NCBI GenBank assembly: GCA_050949165.1
Contig: JBMNFF010000001.1
Coordinates: 1,622-65,621, forward strand
Reading direction: 5' to 3'
Length of the DNA: 64,000 nucleotides
Source: Bacillota bacterium
GTDB lineage: Bacteria > Bacillota > Proteinivoracia > UBA4975
Shown: positions 40,974 to 50,049 of the stretch, piece after piece
How the letters are laid out: every line of letters begins with the position of its first letter
Position numbering within the stretch: position 1 is the first letter of the stretch
Program-made: the position numbers and the translations under genes
Notes under the pieces: generated by a model
Seen by the model: the letters and a program-made list of their open reading frames with translations, nothing else
The model's database searches: none
Told to the model about the DNA's origin: nothing

Positions 40974-41652
40974 AGTCACCATCGGCTGTCTGACCATCGG
41001 GCAATCCCCCAGGCCGGAAATCATTAATGAATTAGCGGACCTGTTGCCCCGGAATTGTCGCTTGACGGAGCTGGGTGCGCTGGACGGGCAGAGCCCAACT
41101 CAGCTGTTGAAAGCAACCCCCGTCGGTAACGAAGCCTTTTATGTTACCCTCCTAAGCGACGGGACGGAAATTAAAGTTTCCAAGCTTGCCCTGGAGGGGC
41201 TGATTCGCAACAGTCTTGAAGAGCTACAGCGCCGGGGCGCAGATTTGGCGGTTCTATTGTGCACTGGTGAGTTTCCGCCTATGGCAACGAAAATTCCTTT
41301 TTTTCGAGGCAGTGAGATAACCAAGGCGCGGGTGAAGCAAGAATATTGCGGGCAGAAAATCGCCGTGGTGGTTCCCGATCCTGACCAAGCGGCCCACATG
41401 TCCCAGCGATGGCTAAATTTAGGCATTCAGCATGACATCTATGATTGCTCTCCCTATTATGAGACGGAGCAAAGCCAAAAGCTCTGTGCCCAGCTGCGTA
41501 AGAGCCAAGTTGACTTCATCGTGCTGGACTGCTTCGGCTTTACCCTGGAAATGGCAAACTGCTTCCGCCAACAGACTGGAAAGCATGTGCTGCTTCCTCG
41601 GGAGATAGTTGGAGAGTACATCACCAGCTATATAAAGACCAACATGAAGTAG
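40963..41652 (+). CDS. AroM-family protein (DUF1355)
   Basis: 229 aa. MSSKVTIGCLTIGQSPRPEI... matches the AroM N-terminus. Follows the DUF917 gene. Confidence 0.65.
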   Translation: MSSKVTIGCLTIGQSPRPEIINELADLLPRNCRLTELGALDGQSPTQLLKATPVGNEAFYVTLLSDGTEIKVSKLALEGLIRNSLEELQRRGADLAVLLCTGEFPPMATKIPFFRGSEITKARVKQEYCGQKIAVVVPDPDQAAHMSQRWLNLGIQHDIYDCSPYYETEQSQKLCAQLRKSQVDFIVLDCFGFTLEMANCFRQQTGKHVLLPREIVGEYITSYIKTNMK

Positions 41653-41751
41653 GTATCTAATATCTGGTGAGCATTCTTCTCAGTGATAGATATGTTCACA
41701 ATAGCTTGCCGGTACTATCTAATCCGGCGGGTTATAACCCCCTATCTAGCG

Positions 41752-41785
41752 ATATGCGGCAACGCCTAACGGTGTTGCCGCATAT
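41752..41785. repeat. Perfect 12-bp inverted repeat ATATGCGGCAAC-N10-GTTGCCGCATAT
   Basis: Seen in the sequence. It lies in the 400-nt intergenic region downstream of aroM. Confidence 0.5.
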
Positions 41786-42066
41786 TGCGTATTGCTGACA
41801 TCTTTTCCTCCTGGCTACCAATGTTCCCTCCTGTCATGCAGGCCTTGTACTGTGCTTTGCAACGAGCCCCGCAAAGACAGAAATCACCGGCTGAAGGCGG
41901 AGCTAATCAGCTGAAGCAGCGCAGGCCTATTCAGGAGGGGGGGGTAACAAGTAGGTCCACAGCACGACAAACAGTGCGATGAATGGGGCGAAATTATGCA
42001 AAATAACGTACGCATTTATTGCTTTGCATCGTGCTCCGTGATATTTTATGTTTAGGAGGTGTTAAT

Positions 42067-42831
42067 ATGACATCAGTTGATAGCACTGTAATAACCGCAA
42101 CTGAGTTCAAGCAGAATCTGGGAAAGTATTTTGCTTTCGTGGAAGAGCAGAATGAGGTTGTGATTACCAAGAACGGCAATAAAATTGCCAGGCTCACTCC
42201 TTATGTTACAGATATTGAGCAGTATTTTCTTTTAAGAGAAAAAGCCCTGGACTACCAATATGGTGGAAAAAAGGTTTCTTATGAAGAATTCCTGGAAATC
42301 AATGAAAAGAGCACTCTGAGAATGGAGCTTATCAATGGCGAGATCTATTTGCTGTCATCTCCGAACATCGTGCATCAGGAGCTTCTGGGCCGCTTGCACC
42401 TGCTATTTAACGAATACTTTACTGGCAAGAAATGCAGGGTTTTTCTTGCGCCCTTTGATGTCCATCTGAAAAAGAAGGGCATGAAAACCCCCGATGTCGT
42501 TCAGCCTGATGTGCTGGTAGCCTGTGACCTGGAAGACAAGGTAACTGAAAAGGGACGGTATATGGGAACGCCGGACTTGGTGGTTGAGATTCTCTCCGAA
42601 AGCACGAGGAACAAGGATATGATTGACAAGTTGAACTCGTACATGTTGTCCAAGGTCAGGGAATACTGGCTCGTCGACCCCAAGCAGGAGACAATCATAA
42701 TCTATAGCTTTGAGAATAATGAAATCGATAGGCTGAAGGTGTTTGAGAGAGGGAGTATTGCCCGCTCCATGATATTTGATGGGCTCTCAGCCGATATTGA
42801 TATCCTGTTCAGCGACCTGGTATGGCACTGA
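42067..42831 (+). CDS. Fusion protein: Phd/YefM-type antitoxin-like N-terminal domain plus a Uma2-family (DUF820) PD-(D/E)xK endonuclease domain
   Basis: AGGAGG RBS. The N-terminus ITATEFKQNLGKYFAFVEEQNEVVITKNGNKIARLTPY is Phd/YefM-like. The remainder (ELINGEIY...PDVVQPDVLV...PDLVVEILSEST...EYWLVDP) is Uma2. Confidence 0.65.
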   Translation: MTSVDSTVITATEFKQNLGKYFAFVEEQNEVVITKNGNKIARLTPYVTDIEQYFLLREKALDYQYGGKKVSYEEFLEINEKSTLRMELINGEIYLLSSPNIVHQELLGRLHLLFNEYFTGKKCRVFLAPFDVHLKKKGMKTPDVVQPDVLVACDLEDKVTEKGRYMGTPDLVVEILSESTRNKDMIDKLNSYMLSKVREYWLVDPKQETIIIYSFENNEIDRLKVFERGSIARSMIFDGLSADIDILFSDLVWH

Positions 42832-42881
42832 CAGCAAATATCTTTTGCTGCCCCGACAGGATATAAAAAGCGCGGCTGGAG

Positions 42882-42996
42882 GGATTGAGGACAGTATTGC
42901 CTTAGCTTTACCCACCAGAGTCCATGTAGACAGATTGTGTACTAAGCCTGTTCAAGAAGGTAAAAGCCGATGCGCGGTTCCCCGCCATCGGCTTTT
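42882..42996. repeat. Copy B of the duplicated gene-3'-end + terminator module
   Basis: See copy A at 36822..36928. Here it is not attached to a full-length gene. Confidence 0.7.
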
Positions 42997-43161
42997 ATTA
43001 TTATCTGCTTCGCAAGTAGTTTGCGATGAACTGTTCTACATCTCCCGGGGCAGAAGTACCCTCTTCCCCGTGGGCGAAAGTATCCCCCCTTCCAGCTAGA
43101 GCAGACGCAATCCGACATTGTCCTGTCTCGCCATAGAGCGGGCAATGGTAAAGCTTGTGTT

Positions 43162-44346
43162 CTATTTGCCGATTAGCTCAAACACGATGCCTGCCTGCAT
43201 CTTCATGCCGGTGGGAACTGTCTCGGGGTCGGCATCGTATTCCGAACTGTGGGTGGGCGCGGTAAATCCCAGTTCTTCATTGCGGCTGCCCAGCTTGTAA
43301 AAGGCGCCGGGCACTTCGGTGCAGTAGTAACAAAAGTCTTCGCAGCCCATGAAGGGACGCTCAACATAGCTGAAGGATTCCGGCCCCAACACCTGCTCGG
43401 CCACCGAGCGAATGATCTCGACGCATTCCGGAGAATTTTGCACGCTGTCATAGTCGGGTTTGCCCTCCACCTCGGCCTGGACGCCGTGCATGGCGCAGGC
43501 ATGCACAATAATGCCGCGCAGGGCGTCGTTGGCCCTTTGCCGGGCCTCGCGGGAGATGGTGCGCACTATTATCGAGAGGGTTGCCTCGTCGGCGATGACA
43601 TTGCTGGCGACGCCACCGGACAGTTTGCCCACCGTGATGACCACGCTGTCATGGGGGGAAACCCGGCGGCTGACCACCGTCTGCAGCTCCATGACAATAC
43701 TGGCCGCCGCCACGATGGCGTCATTGCCCAAGTGGGGCGCACAGCCGTGGGCCTTCTGGCCGCGGATCCTGACGTTGTATGTATCGCTACTGGCATATAA
43801 GGCGCCGGCCTTGGTGCGCAAGGTCCCGCAGGGAATGGCGTCGTCGACGTGCAGGCCGAAGACATAGTCGACATCGGGATTCTTCATGCATCCGGCGGCT
43901 ATCATCCGCTTGGCCCCGCCCCAGGTCTCCTCGGCTGGCTGAAAGAACAGCTTGACATTGCCCCGCAGGTGCTCCCGGGCATCCTGCAGCACCCGGGCGG
44001 TGCCCAGAAGGATTGCGGTATGGACGTCATGGCCACAGGCATGCATCACGCCCTCGTTCTGCGACCGATAGGGCTTGTCTGATCTTTCCGTAATGGGCAG
44101 GGCATCCATGTCGGCCCGCAGGGCGATGGTCTTGCCTGGGGTCGCACCCCGGATGATGCCCACCACTCCCGTCATGCCCGGCACCGGGTAATACTCGATG
44201 CCGGCTTCCTCTAAGCTGGCCTGAATGAATTTCGAGGTTTCAAATTCCTGGTCACTGAGCTCGGGATGGCGGTGCAGATGCTCCCGGGCCGCGATGGCAA
44301 AACTGCGGTGCTTTTCCACCAGTGAGTGCAACATACTGTTCCCCAT
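43162..44346 (-). CDS. M20D-family amidohydrolase (paralog of the 38623..39831 gene)
   Basis: [17 protein letters not shown]..., the same architecture, and convincing paralogy along the whole length. Confidence 0.85.
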   Translation of the reverse strand: MGNSMLHSLVEKHRSFAIAAREHLHRHPELSDQEFETSKFIQASLEEAGIEYYPVPGMTGVVGIIRGATPGKTIALRADMDALPITERSDKPYRSQNEGVMHACGHDVHTAILLGTARVLQDAREHLRGNVKLFFQPAEETWGGAKRMIAAGCMKNPDVDYVFGLHVDDAIPCGTLRTKAGALYASSDTYNVRIRGQKAHGCAPHLGNDAIVAAASIVMELQTVVSRRVSPHDSVVITVGKLSGGVASNVIADEATLSIIVRTISREARQRANDALRGIIVHACAMHGVQAEVEGKPDYDSVQNSPECVEIIRSVAEQVLGPESFSYVERPFMGCEDFCYYCTEVPGAFYKLGSRNEELGFTAPTHSSEYDADPETVPTGMKMQAGIVFELIGK

Positions 44347-44526
44347 GCTTCACCTCTCGCCTTTCTTCTGGTTAAGCACATTTTACCATAGATAGCTCTT
44401 GGCGGGTCAGATAACCCAAGATTTTCTCGCAAGGGGAAGAGGCACGCCGCATAAACCTTCCTAAAGCAGGGATTTGGTAAAATATTGTCGAATGTTGTAC
44501 TATCTCGGATTTCTGGAGGGGATTAT

Positions 44527-46968
44527 ATGCATCTCAACTTAGAGCAGAAGCGACTGATCACCGCCACCCCCAGCGGCGCCACGCTGGTGCGCGGGGTTGC
44601 GGGCTCCGGAAAGACCACTGTTGCCGTGCATCGCGCGGGCTATCTCCTGAATAATTACTGCCTGGGCGAATCCGACCGGGTGCTTTTGGTTACCTATAAC
44701 AAAACCCTGGTCAAGTACCTGCGTCATCTCTATGAGAAGGTCAATGTCGAGGAAGGGGCATATGTCAACCTCTTTGGCCCCAGCCAATCTCAGGTGGACA
44801 TCACGACCATTGACAGCATTTTCTACCGCTATTATTGCAGCCTCTTCCCAAAATCCCAGCGCCGGGAACAGCTGTACGGCAATAACAACAAGAAGTACCA
44901 GGTCATCAGGAACTGTATAGCCGAGTTGGCCAAGAAGTTTGAGGATACCAATATCTTGGACCCCAAGAATGCCAGCTTCCTCTTGGATGAGATAGATTGG
45001 ATTCGCTCCTGCAATTATATGGAGTTATCTGAGTACCAGAATGTCGACCGCCTGGGTCGCCAGAGCTTCACCCAATCTGAAGGTCCCCAGCGGTTGCGCA
45101 AGAATTCCAGAACCCGCCATGCCATCTTCGAGCTGATGCTGGCCTACGATGCCCGTCTGGAGGAAGAGGGGCTCATCGACCCTAAGACCAGGGACATCCT
45201 GGTCTTAAAGAAGGCCCAGGAGCGACCTGAGCCGAAGTACACCCATATCATCGTCGATGAGAGCCAGGACCTGACCCGGGTGCAGCTGGAGTTTCTCAAG
45301 CTGTTGTACAAGCCGGGAGATTATTCCAGCCTCTTCTTCGTGGCGGATACCGCCCAGAGCATCTATCCCCATTCCTGGTTGGTGCGGGGGCGGAGCTTCA
45401 CCAGCTTGGGCCTGGACCTGACGGGCCGTGGCAATGTGCTGAGCAAGAACTACCGGACCACCACCCAGATAGCCCAGGCAGCCTACAGCCTCATTGAGGA
45501 GAACACAGAGATTGTCGAGGACGAGTACTATGTGGAGCCGGCTCTCCTGGACAAGCAGGGCCAGTATCCGGTGTACACGCACTTTACCTCCGAGCAGGAA
45601 GAAGCGGAATATGTTGCCCGGGAAATACACCAATTGCTGAATACATACCGCCCCGGCGAAATCATCGTCATCGCCCGGCTCAATCGGCAGCTGGAAATGG
45701 TCCAGCACGTACTGGAGGAACAGGGCCTGACCTGCCAGCTCTTGAAGGATCGGGAGGCCAGTTTCGACGAAGACTGCATCAAGCTGTTGACCATCCATTC
45801 CATCAAGGGCCTGGAGTTCAAGGTCGTGTTCATCATCGGTCTCAATGATTCCGTCATTCCCCTCATCGCCTACACCGAGATGGACGAAGGTATGCAGGAG
45901 ATTACCGAGCGCAAACTCTTATATGTGGGGATGACCCGGGCTGCTGAGCTCCTGTACATGTCTTCCTGCGCCCAGCCCTCCCGCTTCCTAAAGAGCATCT
46001 CCCCCCAGTACCTGCGCCTGTCCAGCGGCAGCCGCTTCAGCCATCTGTACAATATCCGCCCCGATGAATACCAGTTCGCCGAAAAGATCCTGGACATCTA
46101 CAGCAAGGAAGAGAAGGTCAGGCAGTGGCTGCTCCGGGAGTTGCAGGAAAAGTACAACTATCCCCGGGCCCTGTTGTCGGTGGAGTACAAGGTCAACAAC
46201 ATGTCCCGCACCGGCTCGGTGGACATCTGTATCCAGGTAAGCCGGGACGGCAGGCTGGTGCCCTATATCTTCTGCGAGGTCAAGGCCCCCGGCAGCGGCA
46301 CAAGCCAGGCCCTGGACCAGCTCAAGAGCTATATGAGCAATGCTAAGCATTGCCAGTACGGCCTGGCCACCGACGGCAGGGATATGGTCATCATCGATGC
46401 CGACTTTAATCCCGTTGACGACATCCCGGCCTTTAACCGGTTCATGTTGCCCAGCACCATGGAAAGATACAGCTTCCACTGCTTCACCAGCAAGCGCAAG
46501 TTCAACCTGGTCAGGGACAGCAACCTGTCCCAGGAAGTGATAGTAGAAACCGCTGCCGGCAGCGAGGCCTACAGTGGAGACAAGTTGAAGCTCATTCCCA
46601 CCTATGAGGGGATTGCCGCCGGCCAGCCCATCTACATGCAGGGCAGGAGCGAGGCCAGGTTCTACCTGCCCAGCGAATGGCTGCGGGGCAGGGAGAACTG
46701 CTACCTCCTCCAGGTCAAGGGAGACAGCATGATCGAGGCCGGCATAGATGATCAGGACTATGTCCTTATTCAGCACCAGTCCACCGCCCAAAACAGGGAT
46801 ATCGTGGCCGTGGCCATTGACGATGAGGCCACCCTCAAGCGGTTCGTGCGCATGGGGGATTCGGTGTTGCTGATGCCGGAAAACCCCAAGTATGAGCCCA
46901 TCCAGCTCTCGGACAACCAGGCCAGAATTGTGGGCGTGGCCATTGGGCTGCTGAAGAAAGAGAGTTAA
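44527..46968 (+). CDS. Three-domain protein: UvrD-like SF1 helicase, an HsdR-N/Mrr-like PD-(D/E)xK nuclease module, and a C-terminal LexA-like S24 self-cleaving peptidase domain
   Basis: GGAGGGG RBS plus the ATG giving MHLNLEQKRL. Helicase motifs: GVAGSGKTT (I), IIVDESQDLT (II), NYRTTTQIAQAAYSLI (IV), IHSIKGLEFKVVFIIGL (VI region). Nuclease module: SVDICIQ...IFCEVKAPG...QALDQLKSY. S24 domain: IAAG|QP (Ala-Gly cleavage site), VKGDSM (Ser) and ATLKRF (Lys). Confidence 0.8.
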   Translation: MHLNLEQKRLITATPSGATLVRGVAGSGKTTVAVHRAGYLLNNYCLGESDRVLLVTYNKTLVKYLRHLYEKVNVEEGAYVNLFGPSQSQVDITTIDSIFYRYYCSLFPKSQRREQLYGNNNKKYQVIRNCIAELAKKFEDTNILDPKNASFLLDEIDWIRSCNYMELSEYQNVDRLGRQSFTQSEGPQRLRKNSRTRHAIFELMLAYDARLEEEGLIDPKTRDILVLKKAQERPEPKYTHIIVDESQDLTRVQLEFLKLLYKPGDYSSLFFVADTAQSIYPHSWLVRGRSFTSLGLDLTGRGNVLSKNYRTTTQIAQAAYSLIEENTEIVEDEYYVEPALLDKQGQYPVYTHFTSEQEEAEYVAREIHQLLNTYRPGEIIVIARLNRQLEMVQHVLEEQGLTCQLLKDREASFDEDCIKLLTIHSIKGLEFKVVFIIGLNDSVIPLIAYTEMDEGMQEITERKLLYVGMTRAAELLYMSSCAQPSRFLKSISPQYLRLSSGSRFSHLYNIRPDEYQFAEKILDIYSKEEKVRQWLLRELQEKYNYPRALLSVEYKVNNMSRTGSVDICIQVSRDGRLVPYIFCEVKAPGSGTSQALDQLKSYMSNAKHCQYGLATDGRDMVIIDADFNPVDDIPAFNRFMLPSTMERYSFHCFTSKRKFNLVRDSNLSQEVIVETAAGSEAYSGDKLKLIPTYEGIAAGQPIYMQGRSEARFYLPSEWLRGRENCYLLQVKGDSMIEAGIDDQDYVLIQHQSTAQNRDIVAVAIDDEATLKRFVRMGDSVLLMPENPKYEPIQLSDNQARIVGVAIGLLKKES

Positions 46969-47014
46969 AGAGCCCAGGACCAGTACAGCATGCAATAAAG
47001 GATGGGAAAGAGAT

Positions 47015-47863
47015 ATGAATAATTTTTGGCTTGCTTTTGCGCTGACAACCTTTGCCGGGTTGAGTACAGGTATAGGAAGCTTGCTCGCCTTTTTCACCAA
47101 GAAGAGCAATACCAAGTTCTTGGCGATCAGCCTCGGCTTTTCGGCAGGGGTCATGATCTATGTATCCATGATCGATATTTTCTTTAAAGCTCAGAGCAGC
47201 CTTATTAATGAACTGGGCCCTGAAAAAGGCCGATGGGTAACGGTACTTGCCTTCTTCGGCGGCATGTTCTTAATTGGCATCATCGACAGGCTGATCCCCA
47301 GCTCTGAAAACCCCCATGAGCTCCACTCGGTTGAAGAAATATGTGAAGATTGCCCGGAAGACAGTCACCATATTGAACAGATCAGGAAACGAGAAGAAGC
47401 GGAAAAAAACCAGAAGCTCCTGCGCATGGGCCTTTTCACCGCACTTGCCATTGCCATTCACAACTTCCCTGAAGGCCTGGCCACATTTGTCGCTGCCCTG
47501 CAAGAACCGAAAGTGGCAATTCCCATTGCCATAGCGATTGCGATTCATAACATTCCTGAAGGAATAGCAGTATCCGTCCCCATATTCTATGCCACCGGAA
47601 GCAGAAAGAAAGCCTTTTTCTATTCGTTCTTATCCGGGTTCTCCGAACCCATAGGCGCCCTGGTAGGCTACCTGATATTATTGCCCTTTATGAGCGACCT
47701 TTTAGTGGGGATTATCTTTGCCCTTGTGGCGGGCATCATGGTCTTTATTGCTCTGGATGAACTGCTCCCGTCGTCGCGGGAGTATGGCGAACATCATCTG
47801 TCCATCTATGGCCTGGTTGTTGGCATGATGGTAATGGCCGTCAGCTTGCTGATATTTGTCTAG
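47015..47863 (+). CDS. zupT: ZIP-family zinc/divalent-metal permease (ZupT-like)
   Basis: Two HNFPEGLA/HNIPEGIAV motifs, eight TM helices and a His-rich loop. Confidence 0.85.
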   Translation: MNNFWLAFALTTFAGLSTGIGSLLAFFTKKSNTKFLAISLGFSAGVMIYVSMIDIFFKAQSSLINELGPEKGRWVTVLAFFGGMFLIGIIDRLIPSSENPHELHSVEEICEDCPEDSHHIEQIRKREEAEKNQKLLRMGLFTALAIAIHNFPEGLATFVAALQEPKVAIPIAIAIAIHNIPEGIAVSVPIFYATGSRKKAFFYSFLSGFSEPIGALVGYLILLPFMSDLLVGIIFALVAGIMVFIALDELLPSSREYGEHHLSIYGLVVGMMVMAVSLLIFV

Positions 47864-47889
47864 GCATAAGCATGGCGATGTTGCAAAAA

Positions 47890-47938
47890 GGGAAGGCATC
47901 TTAGTTGAACAAGCCTTCCCCTTTGTTTTAGTTGAAGC
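47890..47938 (+). terminator. Terminator GGGAAGGC-N25-GCCTTCCC followed by CTTTGTTTT
   Basis: Seen in the sequence. Confidence 0.5.
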
Positions 47939-48131
47939 CCTGATAGAGATAGGGACATTGACTGTTCCATAGCACAGTGGGGCTGTGAGAAACATCGAAG
48001 ACTGCAAATTATCGGATTCCAGGGGCTGCTGAAGAAAGAGATAGGGTAGTTGTTATGCTCGCCCCAAAGCCGCATATCTAGAGTATGATTACATTAGAAC
48101 GAGTCAGCTAATGAGAGGGGCAGAACTTTTA

Positions 48132-48800
48132 ATGAAAGACTTTACCATTCGCTTGGCCCGTTTAATATTAGGGCTGCTCCTGTATGCCTTGGGGATTGCC
48201 AGCACTCTAAAAGCCCAGTTAGGCTATGCACCCTGGGATGTTTTCCATGTTGGTGTTGCCATGACCACGGGTATAAGCATTGGCACTGCCACAATTATCG
48301 TCGGAGTCGTTATTATAGCTACCGTCATGCTGCTAAAAGAAAAAATCGGCCTCGGAAGCCTGGCAAATATGCTATTGGTAGGCGTTTTCCTGGATGCAAT
48401 CCTTATGCTTAACATTTTACCTTCTGCAAACTATTTGTTTTCGGGGCTCCTTATGCTGATAGCCGGCTTATTCTCCATTGCGTTTGGTTCGTATTTCTAC
48501 ATCAGTTCAGCCTTTGGTGCTGGACCAAGGGACAGCCTCATGGTCGCTCTGGCCAGAAAGACCGGGTTGCCCATAGGGGTATGCCGTGCTGCTGTTGAAC
48601 TTGCTGCCTTGTTCTTTGGCTGGCGTCTAGGTGGGATGGTTGGCATTGGCACAGTCTTATCTGCCCTGCTAATTGGGTTTTGCGTCCAGTTGGTATTTAA
48701 GATATTAAAGTTTGATGCCACGGTAATCCGGCACCAGACCCTCAGGGAAACCTATAAAGCTATCCTATCGTCCCGGGTGCATAACAAGGGCAACGACTAA
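48132..48800 (+). CDS. YczE/YitT-like small polytopic membrane protein
   Basis: Six TM helices. The in-frame ATG at 48111 is an alternative start. Confidence 0.5.
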   Translation: MKDFTIRLARLILGLLLYALGIASTLKAQLGYAPWDVFHVGVAMTTGISIGTATIIVGVVIIATVMLLKEKIGLGSLANMLLVGVFLDAILMLNILPSANYLFSGLLMLIAGLFSIAFGSYFYISSAFGAGPRDSLMVALARKTGLPIGVCRAAVELAALFFGWRLGGMVGIGTVLSALLIGFCVQLVFKILKFDATVIRHQTLRETYKAILSSRVHNKGND

Positions 48801-49162
48801 TGTGCCAAGGGCACCTCGATTTAATGTGGAAATATGTATGCAGGAAATCATCTAATAGCAACTGCCCCTTGGGGGTCGTTGCTATTTCTGTACAGGGGGA
48901 GAGACCGTGATAACCCGCTTCGAGTCCATCAATAAACATAAAGTATGGCTGATGTGGCGCACAGCTATTTATCCTGACCCACAATCAACAAATCTCCTGG
49001 CAGGTCGGGGCCTGGTTTGAAAATGATATGAACATAGATACATCGGCCAGCTATTATAAGCCAAATTGCACCGCCACAAGCAGTGGTCGCAATTCAAAGT
49101 TGGTGATACTAGATGATTAGCCGTATTAGATGCAACCAACCTAACTAAAGGGAGGGAAGAAA

Positions 49163-49879
49163 GTGATATCTGTCGCCACCTGGAACATGGATTACTGGAA
49201 GCGCAAGAAGGAGCAGCGCCAAGCGGCCTGGACCTATTTAACTGAAGAAATTCGCCCCGACATTGCCTTACTCCAAGAGTGCAAGCCGCCTCCTGTCATG
49301 AATAGGGAGTATAATATTATTTACCATGAAATAGGTGGTGCTAGAAATTGGGGGTCGGCGGTGCTGGCCCGCAGTTATACCATAAAGGAGGTCGAATTTG
49401 AAAACAGCCACCCCGGTTGTGTGGTGGCTGCAGAAATAGAAATACTAGGTATCACTTTGACAGCAATCAGCGTATACGGGATGTTGTGCAAGCATAATTA
49501 CGCAACTACGACGATGCACAGAATCCTTTCCGACTTGACTCCTTTAATCCATGGCCAGCGGAATAGACGCACTTTCATAATGGGTGGCGATTACAACGTA
49601 AGCACTCAGTGGGACGAACGCTATAAGCACCGCGATCCTTCTCACCAGTTGGTTTTCGACAGGATTGAGGATTTCAGATTGGTGAACTGCACTCTTCAAT
49701 ACTTCGGAAAGCACGTTCAGACCAACCACCATGCTAGGAGCAATTATCCATGGCAGAATGACTATCTGCATGCTTCAAAAAAGCTCGCGGCCAAGTTGGT
49801 GTCATGCGAGGTATTTGGTGAGGAGGAGATAAGAGAGTTTAGTGATCATTTGCCCGTATTAGCTCATTTTGCTTTCTAG
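49163..49879 (+). CDS. Endonuclease/exonuclease/phosphatase (EEP) family protein, copy 1
   Basis: GTG start after AAGGGAGGGAAG. ATWNMDYW, ..IALLQE.. and a C-terminal SDHLPV hallmark. About 85% identical to the 59678..60394 product. Confidence 0.75.
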   Translation: MISVATWNMDYWKRKKEQRQAAWTYLTEEIRPDIALLQECKPPPVMNREYNIIYHEIGGARNWGSAVLARSYTIKEVEFENSHPGCVVAAEIEILGITLTAISVYGMLCKHNYATTTMHRILSDLTPLIHGQRNRRTFIMGGDYNVSTQWDERYKHRDPSHQLVFDRIEDFRLVNCTLQYFGKHVQTNHHARSNYPWQNDYLHASKKLAAKLVSCEVFGEEEIREFSDHLPVLAHFAF

Positions 49880-50049
49880 TTTTCAATTGCCTCTAAATCG
49901 AATTGAAAAGCCCCGGAGGTAAAGTAGGATGGAGGAATGCTATGGGTATTAAAGATGTTATTGTGAGGAATGAAGCTGCAATTAAACAGTACCTTGAACT
50001 TGGGTATGTAAATGAAAAGGATCTACTCAAACGTCAGTAGTGTGTGATA

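Noticed and set aside
41653-42066. Possible tRNA or small RNA in the 400-nt intergenic region (ccggcgggttataaccccc)
   Set aside because: No cloverleaf and no GTTCGA/T-loop consensus could be built. Only a 12-bp palindrome is present, and that is listed as a repeat feature.
44347-44526. Search for a LexA/Cheo SOS box (GAAC-N4-GTTC) in the promoter of the helicase-nuclease-S24 gene
   Set aside because: Only a weak partial match (tcGAATgttGTACt) was found. It is not convincing enough to claim SOS regulation.
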